Positions 1 through 8,748 of a stretch of 64,000 nt of DNA are shown one piece after another. The position numbers and the translations under genes were made by a program. Each line of letters opens with the position of its first letter. Position 1 is the stretch's first letter. Below the pieces are notes generated by a model, which searched no databases, was not told where the DNA came from, and worked only from the letters and a program-made list of their open reading frames with translations. The stretch is from assembly GCA_963741945.1 (NCBI GenBank), contig CAVUKA010000001.1:224001-288000 (forward strand). Direction: 5' to 3'. This DNA comes from an uncultured Gemmatimonadales bacterium (GTDB lineage: Bacteria > Gemmatimonadota > Gemmatimonadetes > Longimicrobiales > RSA9).

Positions 1-330
1 CTCAAACCTGGCCCGCACCCGGTCCTTCACGTGCTTCGGCGTGGAACGCCCGGATTTCGACTTCTTCTGGAATACGTCCAGCACATAAACGGCATCCTCG
101 AACGCCACCGTGTACGCGGCCCTGTAGGTGTCCCCGTCATGATCCTCAACCAGCTTCATCACAGCGTTCGGCAGCCCTTCGCCGAACGGCCGCGCACCCT
201 CCGGCGTGTCGCCGTACTGGGCATCCAGCAATGCCGAGCCGAAAACGTCCTTCACGTCTTCAGGCATTCCGCGGATATCCTTCTGGCTCGAACCGATCCA
301 GATGAGCTGCTTCCTACTCGAGACCGTCAT
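1..330 (-). CDS. Type II toxin-antitoxin RelE/ParE (HigB / phage Gp49-like) family toxin, 3' end outside window
   Basis: Manually translated, not in the ORF track: MTVSSRKQLIWIGSSQKDIRGMPEDVKDVFGSALLDAQYG...DHDGDTYRAAYTVAFEDAVYVLDVFQKKSKSGRSTPKHVKDRVRARFE. The WIGSS, DTYRAxY and VYVLxxFQKKS motifs are typical of this family. Confidence 0.85.
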   Translation of the reverse strand, partial: MTVSSRKQLIWIGSSQKDIRGMPEDVKDVFGSALLDAQYGDTPEGARPFGEGLPNAVMKLVEDHDGDTYRAAYTVAFEDAVYVLDVFQKKSKSGRSTPKHVKDRVRARFE

Positions 331-332
331 CG

Positions 333-376
333 CTCAATACATAGCACCATTGCTATACCCCTGCAACGGTATTGAG
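333..376 (-). promoter_or_regulatory. Putative toxin promoter/operator: TTGCAG-17bp-TATGTA with palindrome ATAGCA-N4-TGCTAT (341-356) and outer inverted repeat CTCAATAC/GTATTGAG
   Basis: The inverted repeats are seen directly and overlap the predicted promoter spacer. The -10 lies 7 nt before the toxin ATG. Confidence 0.5.
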
Positions 377-463
377 GGTCCGTAGCATGGCCGATGACGA
401 GCTGGGCTGAATACCACCGGGCCGCTCAGGGGTGTCGCGGCGAAGTATTCGCCTTCCGTCCGC

Positions 464-832
464 CTATCCGTCTTCTCCACGATCTCGAAGTAGCGCGCGC
501 AGAGGCAGACCGCCCGGGTGGTCCGGATACCGCCCGATCACGGCGCGGATCTCATGACGCGTGGTGAGGTCGCGGCTGAGCGCCGTGGCGACCGCCTCTC
601 TCAGCTCCCCTTTGCTGATCGAGGTTGCAATGTCCAGAAGCGTTCGAGCCGGTGTGGTAATGGGAATTCCCTCGAACGTCGTGATGTCTTGCGGGAGGAT
701 CTGGTCGTCGTGAATGCGAACCCTCAACGGCACCCGCTCGTCATCGCTGTCGTGAACCGGACCATGGAAGCCTCCGCACGTCAGGAGTGGATCGACAGCG
801 ACACGATATGGTTCCGCATGCGGCCGGTCCAT
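464..832 (-). CDS. AbiEi-like (type IV TA antitoxin-related) C-terminal domain protein, possibly truncated
   Basis: DITTFEGIPITTPARTLLDIA...ELREAVATAL is typical of AbiEi/DUF559-associated proteins. The N-terminal wHTH is not evident. The start is uncertain (ATG 832 chosen). Confidence 0.55.
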   Translation of the reverse strand: MDRPHAEPYRVAVDPLLTCGGFHGPVHDSDDERVPLRVRIHDDQILPQDITTFEGIPITTPARTLLDIATSISKGELREAVATALSRDLTTRHEIRAVIGRYPDHPGGLPLRALLRDRGEDG

Positions 833-899
833 GGCCCAATGGGACGAGACGGCGCCCGGCCGGAACCTGAGAAGCGCGCCGTGATCGAATACCACCGCC

Positions 900-1142
900 G
901 TGCCGTTTCGGGACCGCCTGGTCGGATTCAAACACTGGAAGCACACCGCGTACGGCGAGCAGGCCATCGACATGATCGCGGCTTTCGGGGACGACCTCGA
1001 CACGTCGTGGCTCGGACCTGAGCTGGAACGAGAGGATTCAATGGACGCCCTCGAGGCGCTCAGACAGCTCGCCTCCTCACAGGAGCGGGTTACCGATCAG
1101 GTCCTCAGGGATCTCATCGATGACCTGAACCGTCGCGCCTGA
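900..1142 (+). pseudogene. Probable C-terminal remnant of a nucleotidyltransferase-like (AbiEii/DUF6036-like) protein
   Basis: The DRLVGFKHWK...EQA helical segment resembles C-termini of such proteins. There is an in-frame TGA at 882-884 just upstream and no RBS. Confidence 0.3.
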
Positions 1143-1207
1143 ACCGCCGGTCTCGTTTCGGGTACGATCTCGTACCTATCGTCAGGAGGGTATCGCGCCA
1201 GGAGGTC

Positions 1208-1411
1208 ATGATGGGCGAAATGAACAAGCCAGATCTCAGCGAGAAGTGGCAGATCCGCCTCGAACGGATCCGCCGCTCGCAGGCGCGTACGGATACGCGC
1301 GGGATGACGCGCCCGCCTCGCGACCCGGAGGAACGCGAGTTCCTGAAGCGGGTGGGGCAGGAAGGGCCGTTTGTCGAAGCAGGCAAAGGGCGAGCGAAGA
1401 AGGGCCGATAG
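1208..1411 (+). CDS. Small basic hypothetical protein (67 aa)
   Basis: GGAGG RBS directly before ATG; followed by a terminator hairpin. Confidence 0.5.
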   Translation: MMGEMNKPDLSEKWQIRLERIRRSQARTDTRGMTRPPRDPEEREFLKRVGQEGPFVEAGKGRAKKGR

Positions 1412-1420
1412 CCACACACG

Positions 1421-1467
1421 AAATAACGGCGGAGTGAGCATTTTTCCGTCTCACTCCGCCGCTTTCT
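1421..1467. terminator. Bidirectional intrinsic terminator between the small ORF and tmRNA
   Basis: 12-bp perfect stem CGGCGGAGTGAG (1427-1438) / CTCACTCCGCCG (1450-1461), flanked by AAATAA and CTTTCT. Confidence 0.7.
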
Positions 1468-1496
1468 GTATCCTGCCCTTGCCCTACTTCCTCAAA

Positions 1497-1860
1497 TGGA
1501 GCCGGCGGGAGTCGAACCCGCGTCCGCGAATAGATCCCTCAGCGCTTCTACGTGCGTAGTCCGCCTTCTTGTTTTCTCACTCGATCATCGGCACGACGGA
1601 CGGCCGTTCACGAGCCAGCCACTCTGCTTTCTCGCTCCCGGCGCGGTGGCCTCGCCGGATAGCCAGCCCGATTCAATCGTCGCCTGAAAGCTGGACCTCG
1701 GGCCGGGTCCCTGCTCCAGACGGGCACGCAAGGGTTACTTACGCAGCCAGCGCCAGGTTATCGTTGGCACTTGTGGTGTTTTTCCGCTGTTTTACGAGGT
1801 GACGGAAACCTCGGCACGCAACGCCGACTTCACTAAACACGTCGAATCCGTGTCGGCCCC
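1497..1860 (-). ncRNA. ssrA: tmRNA; tag peptide (A)NDNLALAA at 1768-1739; CCA not encoded
   Basis: 5' end GGGGCCGACACGGATTCGAC and 3' end GCGGGTTCGACTCCCGCCGGCTCCA give a T-arm and an Ala acceptor stem with G3-U70. The internal tag ORF ends ALAA-TAA. Confidence 0.97.
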
Positions 1861-1870
1861 GGACCCCGAA

Positions 1871-1899
1871 AGTATAGCGAAAGGTGCCCCGGGACTCAA
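1871..1899 (-). promoter_or_regulatory. Sigma70-type promoter of ssrA
   Basis: TTGAGT-17bp-TATACT, 10 nt upstream of the mature 5' end. Confidence 0.7.
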
Positions 1900-2729
1900 C
1901 CCCCACGGGGCGGCCGAATCTCCCGCAGCAGGTTGATCCGGCTGGCCGCGCACGCTGCGCCGAAGCCGTTGTCGATGTTGACCACCGTGATCCCGGCGGC
2001 GCAGCTGTTGAGCATTCCGAGGAGAGGCGCGAGCCCGCCGAAGGATGCGCCGTATCCCACGCTGGTGGGCACCGCGATGACGGGGGATGCGACGAGGCCA
2101 CCCACCACGGACGGCAGGGCCCCTTCCATTCCGGCCACGACGATCACGACCGCGGCCTGGCGGAGGACGTCGAGCTGGGAGAGGACGCGGTGGATGCCGG
2201 CCACGCCGACATCGTAGAGGCGGTCCACGGGATTCCCCAGGGCCCCGGCCGTGACGACGGCTTCTTCGGCCACGGGGATGTCGCCCGTTCCGCCGGTCAC
2301 CACGAGGATGGTGCCTCGCACGCGATGGCCGGCGGCAGTGGCGGAGTCGGCCGAGATCACGGCCGCGGGGACGTGGAAGATCCGTCCGAGCGTGTTGGCG
2401 CTGCCCTGGGGGAACTCGCGGCCCAGCGCTTCCAGGGCGGGCTCCTCGAGCCGGGTCACCAGCAGGCCGTCGCCGCGGTCCACGAGCCGGCGCGCGATCT
2501 CCAGGAGCTGGGGCAACGTCTTTCCCGGCCCGAAGACCACCTCCGGCTGCCCCTGTCGAAGCGCCCGGTTGTGGTCGAGGCGGGCAAACGGCTGTCCGGC
2601 GGGACCGCCCTCCGGAGCGCCGCCGTCCACCTCTTCAATGGGCAGCAGCGACAGCCGCTCCAGCGCCACCGCTGGCGTTTCCTCACCCGATGCGACCCGG
2701 GCGAGCAGCTCGAGGACGCGGTCCCTCAT
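1896..2729 (-). CDS. larB: Nickel pincer cofactor biosynthesis protein LarB (AIR carboxylase-like)
   Basis: FARLDHNRALRQGQPEVVFGPGKT, TGGTGDIPVAEEA, DVGVAGIHR, AGMEGALPSVVGG, PTSVGYG, VVNIDNGFGAA. The start overlaps the dusB stop (ATGA). Confidence 0.92.
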   Translation of the reverse strand: MRDRVLELLARVASGEETPAVALERLSLLPIEEVDGGAPEGGPAGQPFARLDHNRALRQGQPEVVFGPGKTLPQLLEIARRLVDRGDGLLVTRLEEPALEALGREFPQGSANTLGRIFHVPAAVISADSATAAGHRVRGTILVVTGGTGDIPVAEEAVVTAGALGNPVDRLYDVGVAGIHRVLSQLDVLRQAAVVIVVAGMEGALPSVVGGLVASPVIAVPTSVGYGASFGGLAPLLGMLNSCAAGITVVNIDNGFGAACAASRINLLREIRPPRGG

Positions 2730-3778
2730 CCCGGCACCGCAACACGGGCGGCTGCGCCCGTCCAGGCGCCGGCGTCCGTGTCGCGGCCGCCCCCCGCCTG
2801 GAATGCGGCGTCCGCGTACGCCGCCAGCCGCTCCTCGACTTGCCGCAGGGATCGCACCTGGAACAGCTCCTGTCGCAGCGCCCGTCCATCCGGCAGCCCC
2901 CTGGTGTACCAGCCGAGGTGCTTGCGGAACTCGATCATGGCGCGGGCTTCGTCGCCCCCGAAGGCGATGGCATTGCGCGCGTGCTCGAGCACGGTGGCGA
3001 AGCGCTCGGCCACCGGCGGCTCGGGCGGGATCGGCTCGCCGTCCAGCGCGGCACGACACTCCCGGAAGATCCAGGGGCGGCCATGCGACGCGCGGGCGAT
3101 CATGATGCCCGCGCACCCCGTCTCGTCGCGCATCCGGACCGCGTCCTCTCCCCTGCGAACGTCCCCGTTCCCGATCACCGGCACCTCCACCGCCTCTACC
3201 ACCGCGGCGATTTCGCTCCAGTCCGCCTCGCCGCCGTACATCTGCGTCCGTGTGCGGGCGTGCAGCGTGATGACGCGAGCGCCCGCGTCCTCGCAGCGGC
3301 GGGCGATTCCCACCGGATCCCGCGTCTCCTCGCTCCACCCGCTCCGGATCTTCACGGTGGTGGGAGCGCTCGTCGCGTTGGCCACGGCGCGGATGATGGA
3401 CTCCACCAGATCCAGGTCGCGGAGACAAGCTGACCCGCCGTTTCGCTTGACCACCTTCTTGGCGGGGCAGCCGAAGTTGATGTCCACGAAGTCCGGGGCG
3501 TACGTCTCCTCGACCAGCGCGGCCGCTTCGGCCATGGCGCCGGGGTCCGCCCCGAAGATCTGCACACCGATGGGGCGCTCGGCTTCGTGGAAGCGGAGGT
3601 ATTCGTGCGTGCGCTCGCTCCCCCGGCGCAGTGCTTCGGCACTGACGAACTCGCTCACGAGCACGTCCGCGCCGAAGCGGCGGCAGAGACGCCGGAAGGG
3701 CGATTCACTGACGCCCGCCTGCGGAGCCAGGTACAGCGGGGTCGTCGTTCGGAAGATGGCGTCAATGGGGTCTTGCAT
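2726..3778 (-). CDS. dusB: tRNA-dihydrouridine synthase DusB
   Basis: LAPQAGVS, DINFGCPAKKV, TVKIRSGW, LHARTR, IGNGD, EFRKHLGWY. Confidence 0.93.
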   Translation of the reverse strand: MQDPIDAIFRTTTPLYLAPQAGVSESPFRRLCRRFGADVLVSEFVSAEALRRGSERTHEYLRFHEAERPIGVQIFGADPGAMAEAAALVEETYAPDFVDINFGCPAKKVVKRNGGSACLRDLDLVESIIRAVANATSAPTTVKIRSGWSEETRDPVGIARRCEDAGARVITLHARTRTQMYGGEADWSEIAAVVEAVEVPVIGNGDVRRGEDAVRMRDETGCAGIMIARASHGRPWIFRECRAALDGEPIPPEPPVAERFATVLEHARNAIAFGGDEARAMIEFRKHLGWYTRGLPDGRALRQELFQVRSLRQVEERLAAYADAAFQAGGGRDTDAGAWTGAAARVAVPG

Positions 3779-3785
3779 GGCCGGG

Positions 3786-3861
3786 AATCTAACGCCGTTG
3801 GAAGAGTGGCTCAATCGCCGTAAGTGGCCGTTTTGACACCCTTTGTGCGCGTCCTTATCTT
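3786..3861. promoter_or_regulatory. Divergent sigma70-type promoters for dusB (minus) and the PTS IIA gene (plus)
   Basis: Minus: TTGAGC(3814-3809)-17-TAGATT(3791-3786). Plus: TTGACA(3833-3838)-17-TATCTT(3856-3861). Confidence 0.6.
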
Positions 3862-3893
3862 TCCGCGCTCCACATGCGGGACAGGAGGAATAG

Positions 3894-4346
3894 ATGATAC
3901 TGCGCGAGTTTTTCGATAAAGAAGTGGTCGACCTCGAGTTGAAGGGGGAGACCAAGGACGAGATCCTGAAGGAGCTCATTGCGCTTCTCAACCTGGATGA
4001 GAAGAGCGAGGGGATCCTGTTCAAGATGCTGAAGCGACGGGAGAACCTCGGCTCCACGGGGATCGGCCACGGCATCGCCATTCCCCACTGCCGGTCGCTG
4101 GTGGTCAACCGCTTGCGGATCGCATTCGGGCGGAAGCCCGACGGTGTGGACTACAAGGCGATCGACGACAAGCCCGTGTACAATTTCTTTCTCATCGTCG
4201 CGCCACCGCTCGAAGTCAGCAACCAGTACCTGCCGGTGCTGGGCAAGATCGCCCAGTTCGCCAAGGAAGCGGATGTGCCCGAGCGGCTTGGCGAGCTGAA
4301 GAGCGAGGACGACTTCCTGGCGTTGCTGCAAGAGAAGGCCATCTAG
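3894..4346 (+). CDS. PTS EIIA (fructose/nitrogen-regulatory PtsN-like) protein
   Basis: RENLGSTGIGHGIAIPHCR phospho-His motif; AGGAGG RBS. Confidence 0.9.
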   Translation: MILREFFDKEVVDLELKGETKDEILKELIALLNLDEKSEGILFKMLKRRENLGSTGIGHGIAIPHCRSLVVNRLRIAFGRKPDGVDYKAIDDKPVYNFFLIVAPPLEVSNQYLPVLGKIAQFAKEADVPERLGELKSEDDFLALLQEKAI

Positions 4347-4354
4347 GAGAAGCG

Positions 4355-4714
4355 ATGCATCCCCAGCTGGAGATCCTGCTCCAGATCCAGGACCTGAAGG
4401 CGCAGCAGCGCGAGCTCGCTGCGGGCGCGAGCGAGCGCCAGGTCCAGGAGGAGGAATTCAATCTCGACCCCGAGATCGCCATCGAATCACTGGGCGAGAA
4501 AGTGGCCGAGCTCGAAGCCGAGCTCGAACCGACGGTGCGCAAGCGCTACGATCGGCTCGCGACCGCAATCAGTCGCACGGTTGTCCCGGCCATAAACGGC
4601 ACGTGCTACGGCTGCTTCGTTTCGGTGGCCACGGCAGTGGCTTCGGATCCGGCCGAGCGCGAGCGACTCCGCACGTGCGACCACTGCGGGCGCTTCCTCT
4701 ACTTCGTCACCTGA
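4355..4714 (+). CDS. Coiled-coil + C4-type zinc ribbon protein
   Basis: N-terminal LEILLQIQDL coiled coil; CYGC...CDHCGRFLY. Confidence 0.8.
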   Translation: MHPQLEILLQIQDLKAQQRELAAGASERQVQEEEFNLDPEIAIESLGEKVAELEAELEPTVRKRYDRLATAISRTVVPAINGTCYGCFVSVATAVASDPAERERLRTCDHCGRFLYFVT

Positions 4715-4803
4715 ACCGTCCGCCCCGGCGCCAGCGGCCGCCCTCGCGACCGTGAGCGGGACACGCCGCGCGCCGTGAGCGCACTGTCCCGTGCGGAGCA
4801 TGA

Positions 4804-4838
4804 AGAGGCGCCCACCCCCACGCGGTGCGGGCGCCTCT
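4804..4838. terminator. Hairpin between convergent genes
   Basis: AGAGGCGCCC...GGGCGCCTCT inverted repeat. Confidence 0.5.
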
Positions 4839-4865
4839 GCTCTGGGCCGAACGCGCCGACCAGGG

Positions 4866-5318
4866 CTACTTCGCCACGATCATCTTCATGATCTGTCGCC
4901 GCCCGTTCACGATCAGCTGGACGTAATAGATCCCGGACGCGACCTGCCGACCATCAAGGTCGTGGCCGTCCCAGAACGCTTCCTTCTCCCCTGGTGTGTC
5001 GTAGCTCAGCCTTCTCACCTGGACTCCGTTCCCGTCCGGGTGGTCCAGGGCGGTCGGATACGCAACGAGCTGCTGGAGCACGTTGTAAACCGCCATGGTG
5101 ACCACCACCGGGTGACCCTCATCGAAGAGCCTCGGATCCAGCCGGAACGGGATCCGGGTCGTCGGATTGAACGGGTTCGGATAATTCTGCTGTAGCTCGA
5201 ACCCGGAGTCCTCGGTGCGGGCTGGCGCGTTGTCCCTGGGGTCCTGCGCCGTCAGTGCAACAGGCTTGAAGGCGAGGACCGACAGGAAGAGAACGCCGAC
5301 AAAGATGCGGCGTTTCAT
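4866..5318 (-). CDS. Exported single-domain protein, FlgD-Ig / T9SS type-A CTD-like
   Basis: Signal peptide, then LQQNYPNPFNPTTRIPF...VYNVL...WDGHDLDGRQVASGIYY...KMIVAK. Confidence 0.8.
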   Translation of the reverse strand: MKRRIFVGVLFLSVLAFKPVALTAQDPRDNAPARTEDSGFELQQNYPNPFNPTTRIPFRLDPRLFDEGHPVVVTMAVYNVLQQLVAYPTALDHPDGNGVQVRRLSYDTPGEKEAFWDGHDLDGRQVASGIYYVQLIVNGRRQIMKMIVAK

Positions 5319-5371
5319 GGTCCCCTCCGCACGATCCGACTGTGCAGTAGCAGAGTGTTCGATACCCCTCC

Positions 5372-5397
5372 ATAACGACAGGCGATGCCGCAGGTTC
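5372..5397 (-). promoter_or_regulatory. Putative ECF-type promoter for 4866-5318
   Basis: GAAC-16bp-CGTTAT on the minus strand upstream of the GGAGG RBS. Confidence 0.4.
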
Positions 5398-5430
5398 GTC
5401 CCACATAGTAGGCGCCACCAGGCGGCCCGG

Positions 5431-7320
5431 TCAAGACTGCGGAACGCGCCTCCCTGCCGGCGTTCGTACGGTCACCCCCGCGCGATCGAAATACTCGAGG
5501 AGCGGGATCAGGCTCTTCCGCGAAACCCGGACCACTTCCTTGAAATCGACCGGCGTCAGACCTTCCCTGCCGCCCAGGCGCCGGCGCAGCTCGACCGTGA
5601 CCTCCCGGACCACGTCGGCGTGGGCGTAAAGCCGGTGCTCGATACGGACGATCGTCCCCGCTTCGCAGAGGAGCCCGACCAGGTCCTCGAGGTCGGCGGC
5701 GTCCTGCACCGCAGCGCTGAGCTCGTCCAGCGATACCAGGGCGACACCGGCCTCGCGCACCGCGTCGACGATCCGGTCCCGCGTGGCTCTCTGGGCGCCC
5801 GTGAGCGTGGGCTCGTGCCCGGGCGCGGCGATCCGCCCCTGCCGCTTCACGGCGGCGCCCGTGGCGAGCGCAGCGTCGAGCGCGTGGTCCACCAGGGCGG
5901 CGTCGGGATCGCCGGGAACGGCCTTCAGGACGCGTTGCCGGAGCTCAGCCAGGTCCATCCCGGTGTGCAGCGGGTGCTCGCGGTGGTACGCGTCGAGCGC
6001 CTGCAGGAGAGTCGTCCGCACGAACTCCGCCGCCGCCGGGTCGAATACGCGCTCGCGCACGGAGACCGCCCCGAGCGTGTCCAGCGCGGCCATGACATTG
6101 GCGGGTGACTGTCCGGTCCGGAGGGGAAGCGCATCCGGCCTGATTCCCGCCGCACCCGCGCCGGCCAGGATGGCGCCCACGCTGGCGTCGGGTGCGCCGC
6201 CCATCAGCGCCTCGTGCACCGCCCGCTCCGAGTCGCGTGGGCGACGGCGGGGCGCGGCCGGGTCCAGGACGATCCCGCCGGCGATGGTCGTGACGGGCGA
6301 GTAGGAGCGAATGACCACGCGGTCGAGGGCGCGGGCCACCAGCGGCGCCTCGAGTCGCAGCTGGGCGAGTGCGGTCTGGCCCGGGTCCAGGCGGCGGGCG
6401 TCCCCGAGCAGAACGCGGGCCATGGCTTCCGCAGTTCCGAGATGCACGCGCACCCGCTGTCCGTCCTCGATGGCCCAGGCCGATTCCGGGAGCACGCGCA
6501 GCCGCAGCGTCACGCGCGACGACTCGACCCAGCCGGCGTCGGACACGAGCACCATTCCCCGCTGGACGTGGTCCAGGTCCACCCCGCCGAGCGCCACGGC
6601 GGCCCGTTGCCCGGCGGAAACGCGTGCCACACTGCCGCCGTGGACCTGGAGGCCGCGCACGCGGGCGTGCACGTCGCCGGGGAGGAGGCGAACGGTGGCG
6701 TCGCCTTCCAGCGACCCGGACCAGACCGTCCCGGTGACCACGGTACCCGTGCCGTGGACCGAGAACGCGCGGTCCACGGGCATCCGGAACACATCGCCGG
6801 CGTCGCCCCTCCCCTCGCCCGCGCGCCCCACGAGGGTCGCTCGCAACGCCTCGAGGCCCTCCCCCGTGACCGCGGACGTGGCGATCATGGGCGCGCCCCT
6901 GAAGCGGGTGGCGCTCAGCGTCTCGGCCACTTCTTCCCGCACGAGGTCCAGCCAGGCCGGCTCCACCAGGTCCAGCTTCGTCAGCGCGACCACCGCCTCC
7001 GGGACTTCCAGCAGCTCGGCGATGGCGAGGTGCTCGCGCGTCTGCGGCATCACGCCCTCATCCGCGGCCACGACCAGCAGGAGCAGGTCCACGCCCGTGG
7101 TCCCGGCCAGCATGTTCCGGATGAAGTCCTCGTGACCCGGGACGTCCACGATCCCGAACGTCCGCTCGCCGACGTCCAGGTGTGTGAAGCCCAGATCGAT
7201 GCTGATGCCCCGACGCTTCTCCTCGGGGAGCCGGTCGGTGTCCGCGCCCGTCAGCGCCCGGATGAGCGCCGTCTTGCCGTGGTCGATGTGACCCGCGGTC
7301 CCGATCACGCCCCGGATCAC
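5431..7320 (-). CDS. selB: Selenocysteine-specific elongation factor SelB
   Basis: [32 protein letters not shown], and C-terminal winged helix [13 protein letters not shown]. The GTG start overlaps the recO stop. Confidence 0.95.
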   Translation of the reverse strand: MIRGVIGTAGHIDHGKTALIRALTGADTDRLPEEKRRGISIDLGFTHLDVGERTFGIVDVPGHEDFIRNMLAGTTGVDLLLLVVAADEGVMPQTREHLAIAELLEVPEAVVALTKLDLVEPAWLDLVREEVAETLSATRFRGAPMIATSAVTGEGLEALRATLVGRAGEGRGDAGDVFRMPVDRAFSVHGTGTVVTGTVWSGSLEGDATVRLLPGDVHARVRGLQVHGGSVARVSAGQRAAVALGGVDLDHVQRGMVLVSDAGWVESSRVTLRLRVLPESAWAIEDGQRVRVHLGTAEAMARVLLGDARRLDPGQTALAQLRLEAPLVARALDRVVIRSYSPVTTIAGGIVLDPAAPRRRPRDSERAVHEALMGGAPDASVGAILAGAGAAGIRPDALPLRTGQSPANVMAALDTLGAVSVRERVFDPAAAEFVRTTLLQALDAYHREHPLHTGMDLAELRQRVLKAVPGDPDAALVDHALDAALATGAAVKRQGRIAAPGHEPTLTGAQRATRDRIVDAVREAGVALVSLDELSAAVQDAADLEDLVGLLCEAGTIVRIEHRLYAHADVVREVTVELRRRLGGREGLTPVDFKEVVRVSRKSLIPLLEYFDRAGVTVRTPAGRRVPQS

Positions 7321-8075
7321 GGCGACGCCACCCCCGCCCCCACCGCGTCCGCCAGGAACTGCAGCGAACGGAGCGAGCCGTGCTCCACCAGGTGGTAGCT
7401 CAGGAAGCGTGACAGAAGCTGCCAGTGCGCCACTGTCCGTTCCAGCGGCACCGCTTCGCCCGCGCACAGGCGGATGAGGTCCTGGCGCGCCGGCTCCGGC
7501 AGCACCCGACCCCCTCCGCCCCCCCCGCCGCACGCGGGACAGAACACGCCACCCGCGCCATAGTCGAGGAAGAGATCGCCGGCCGGGAGCGGGGAGCCGC
7601 AGACCACGCACCGGTCGAGGGAGGGGGCGAACCCGAGCGTGGCAATCAGCGCCCATGCCTGGGCCAGCGCTTCGGCTTCCACGCGCTCCGGCGGGGCCTG
7701 CTGGAGCGCATCCAGCCCCTGTCGGATCCGGGTGAAGACTTCCGGCGCCGGCTGCTCGCTGGCCGTGCGGAGCGCGATCTCGGCCAGCAGGGAAGCGCCG
7801 CCGAAGCGGACCAGGTCATCCCCGAGGCGCTGTCGTGGCCGCTGGAGCTCGAACTCGCCGAGCGTGTGGAGGTCCCGGTTCGGGCGCAGGTGGAAGGAGG
7901 CGATGCCATCCGTGAACGGCTCCAGCACGCCGCCGTAGCGGCTCTTCGGCCGGCGAGCCCCCTTCGCGATCACCGACTGCACTCCGTGCATGCGGGTCAG
8001 GAGGCGCAGGATCTTGCTGGTCTCGCTGTACGGAAACGCCTGCAGGATGACGGCGTCCACGATGACGAGGGGCAT
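7317..8075 (-). CDS. recO: DNA repair protein RecO
   Basis: YSETSKILRLLT...AKGARRPKSR OB fold; CVVC/CPAC zinc finger. Confidence 0.93.
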   Translation of the reverse strand: MPLVIVDAVILQAFPYSETSKILRLLTRMHGVQSVIAKGARRPKSRYGGVLEPFTDGIASFHLRPNRDLHTLGEFELQRPRQRLGDDLVRFGGASLLAEIALRTASEQPAPEVFTRIRQGLDALQQAPPERVEAEALAQAWALIATLGFAPSLDRCVVCGSPLPAGDLFLDYGAGGVFCPACGGGGGGGRVLPEPARQDLIRLCAGEAVPLERTVAHWQLLSRFLSYHLVEHGSLRSLQFLADAVGAGVASP

Positions 8076-8076
8076 G

Positions 8077-8748
8077 TCAGCCGCCCGGGAGCAGGCGCTC
8101 CTTCAGCGCTCGGATCTTCCGCTCCATGGCCTCCTTCTCCGGCCCCGCTTCGGCGGATTCCAGGCCGGTCTGGAGCCTCGCGATCTCGATCAGCTCGTCA
8201 CGCGTTCGCCGCCGCCGGTAGCCGGGCGCGGCCGCCACGAAGATGCCGGCTGTGGCCATGGCGAGGAAGGCGACGAGGAGCGCCGCGCCGGCCGCGCCGT
8301 TCGCCGAGATCGGCGCCCGGCCACCCGCCGCCGGCATCCCCGCACCGCTCCCGGCGTCGCCCGCGATGCCGCCGCCGGACAGCGCGCTGGCCACGGCCCC
8401 CGCTTCCGCATCGGGCCCGACCTGGATGATGTAGTCGTCCACGGGCCCCTGGCCACCGCGCACACCGGGGCCGAGGTACATGGAGCCGTTGTAGCGGATG
8501 GCCCCGAAATAGAGCGCCGAGTCGGCCATGGGGATGTCGAAGCGGAACGTCCCGTCCGCCGCGGTGCTTCCCGTCGCCACGGCCTCACCGCCGCCCGCCC
8601 CCACCTTGTGGATGGCCACGGTCACGTCCGGCAGCGGCTCCCCGTCAGGCCCGCGGGCGATGCCCGCCAGGTGCTGGGCCGCGGCCGGCGAGGCCCAGAG
8701 CACCGCAGCCGCGATCAGGAGGGCGGGGCGGGGGCGGCGGGGGCTCAC
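8077..8748 (-). CDS. Hypothetical membrane-anchored protein with carboxypeptidase-regulatory-like beta domain
   Basis: Signal peptide (ASPAAAQ), GxxxGPDGEPLPDVTV...ADGTFRF, one C-terminal TM and a charged tail; GTGA overlap. Confidence 0.65.
   Translation of the reverse strand: MSPRRPRPALLIAAAVLWASPAAAQHLAGIARGPDGEPLPDVTVAIHKVGAGGGEAVATGSTAADGTFRFDIPMADSALYFGAIRYNGSMYLGPGVRGGQGPVDDYIIQVGPDAEAGAVASALSGGGIAGDAGSGAGMPAAGGRAPISANGAAGAALLVAFLAMATAGIFVAAAPGYRRRRTRDELIEIARLQTGLESAEAGPEKEAMERKIRALKERLLPGG

Noticed and set aside
31-375. 114-aa plus-strand ORF
   Set aside because: It is antisense to the clearly recognisable RelE/HigB toxin.
1-1496. Integrase, transposase or integron attC sites
   Set aside because: No recombinase motifs and no canonical RYYYAAC/GTTRRRY-bounded palindromes were recognised.
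1371-2101. Small ORFs overlapping the tmRNA
   Set aside because: They are explained by ssrA; only the tag reading frame is meaningful.
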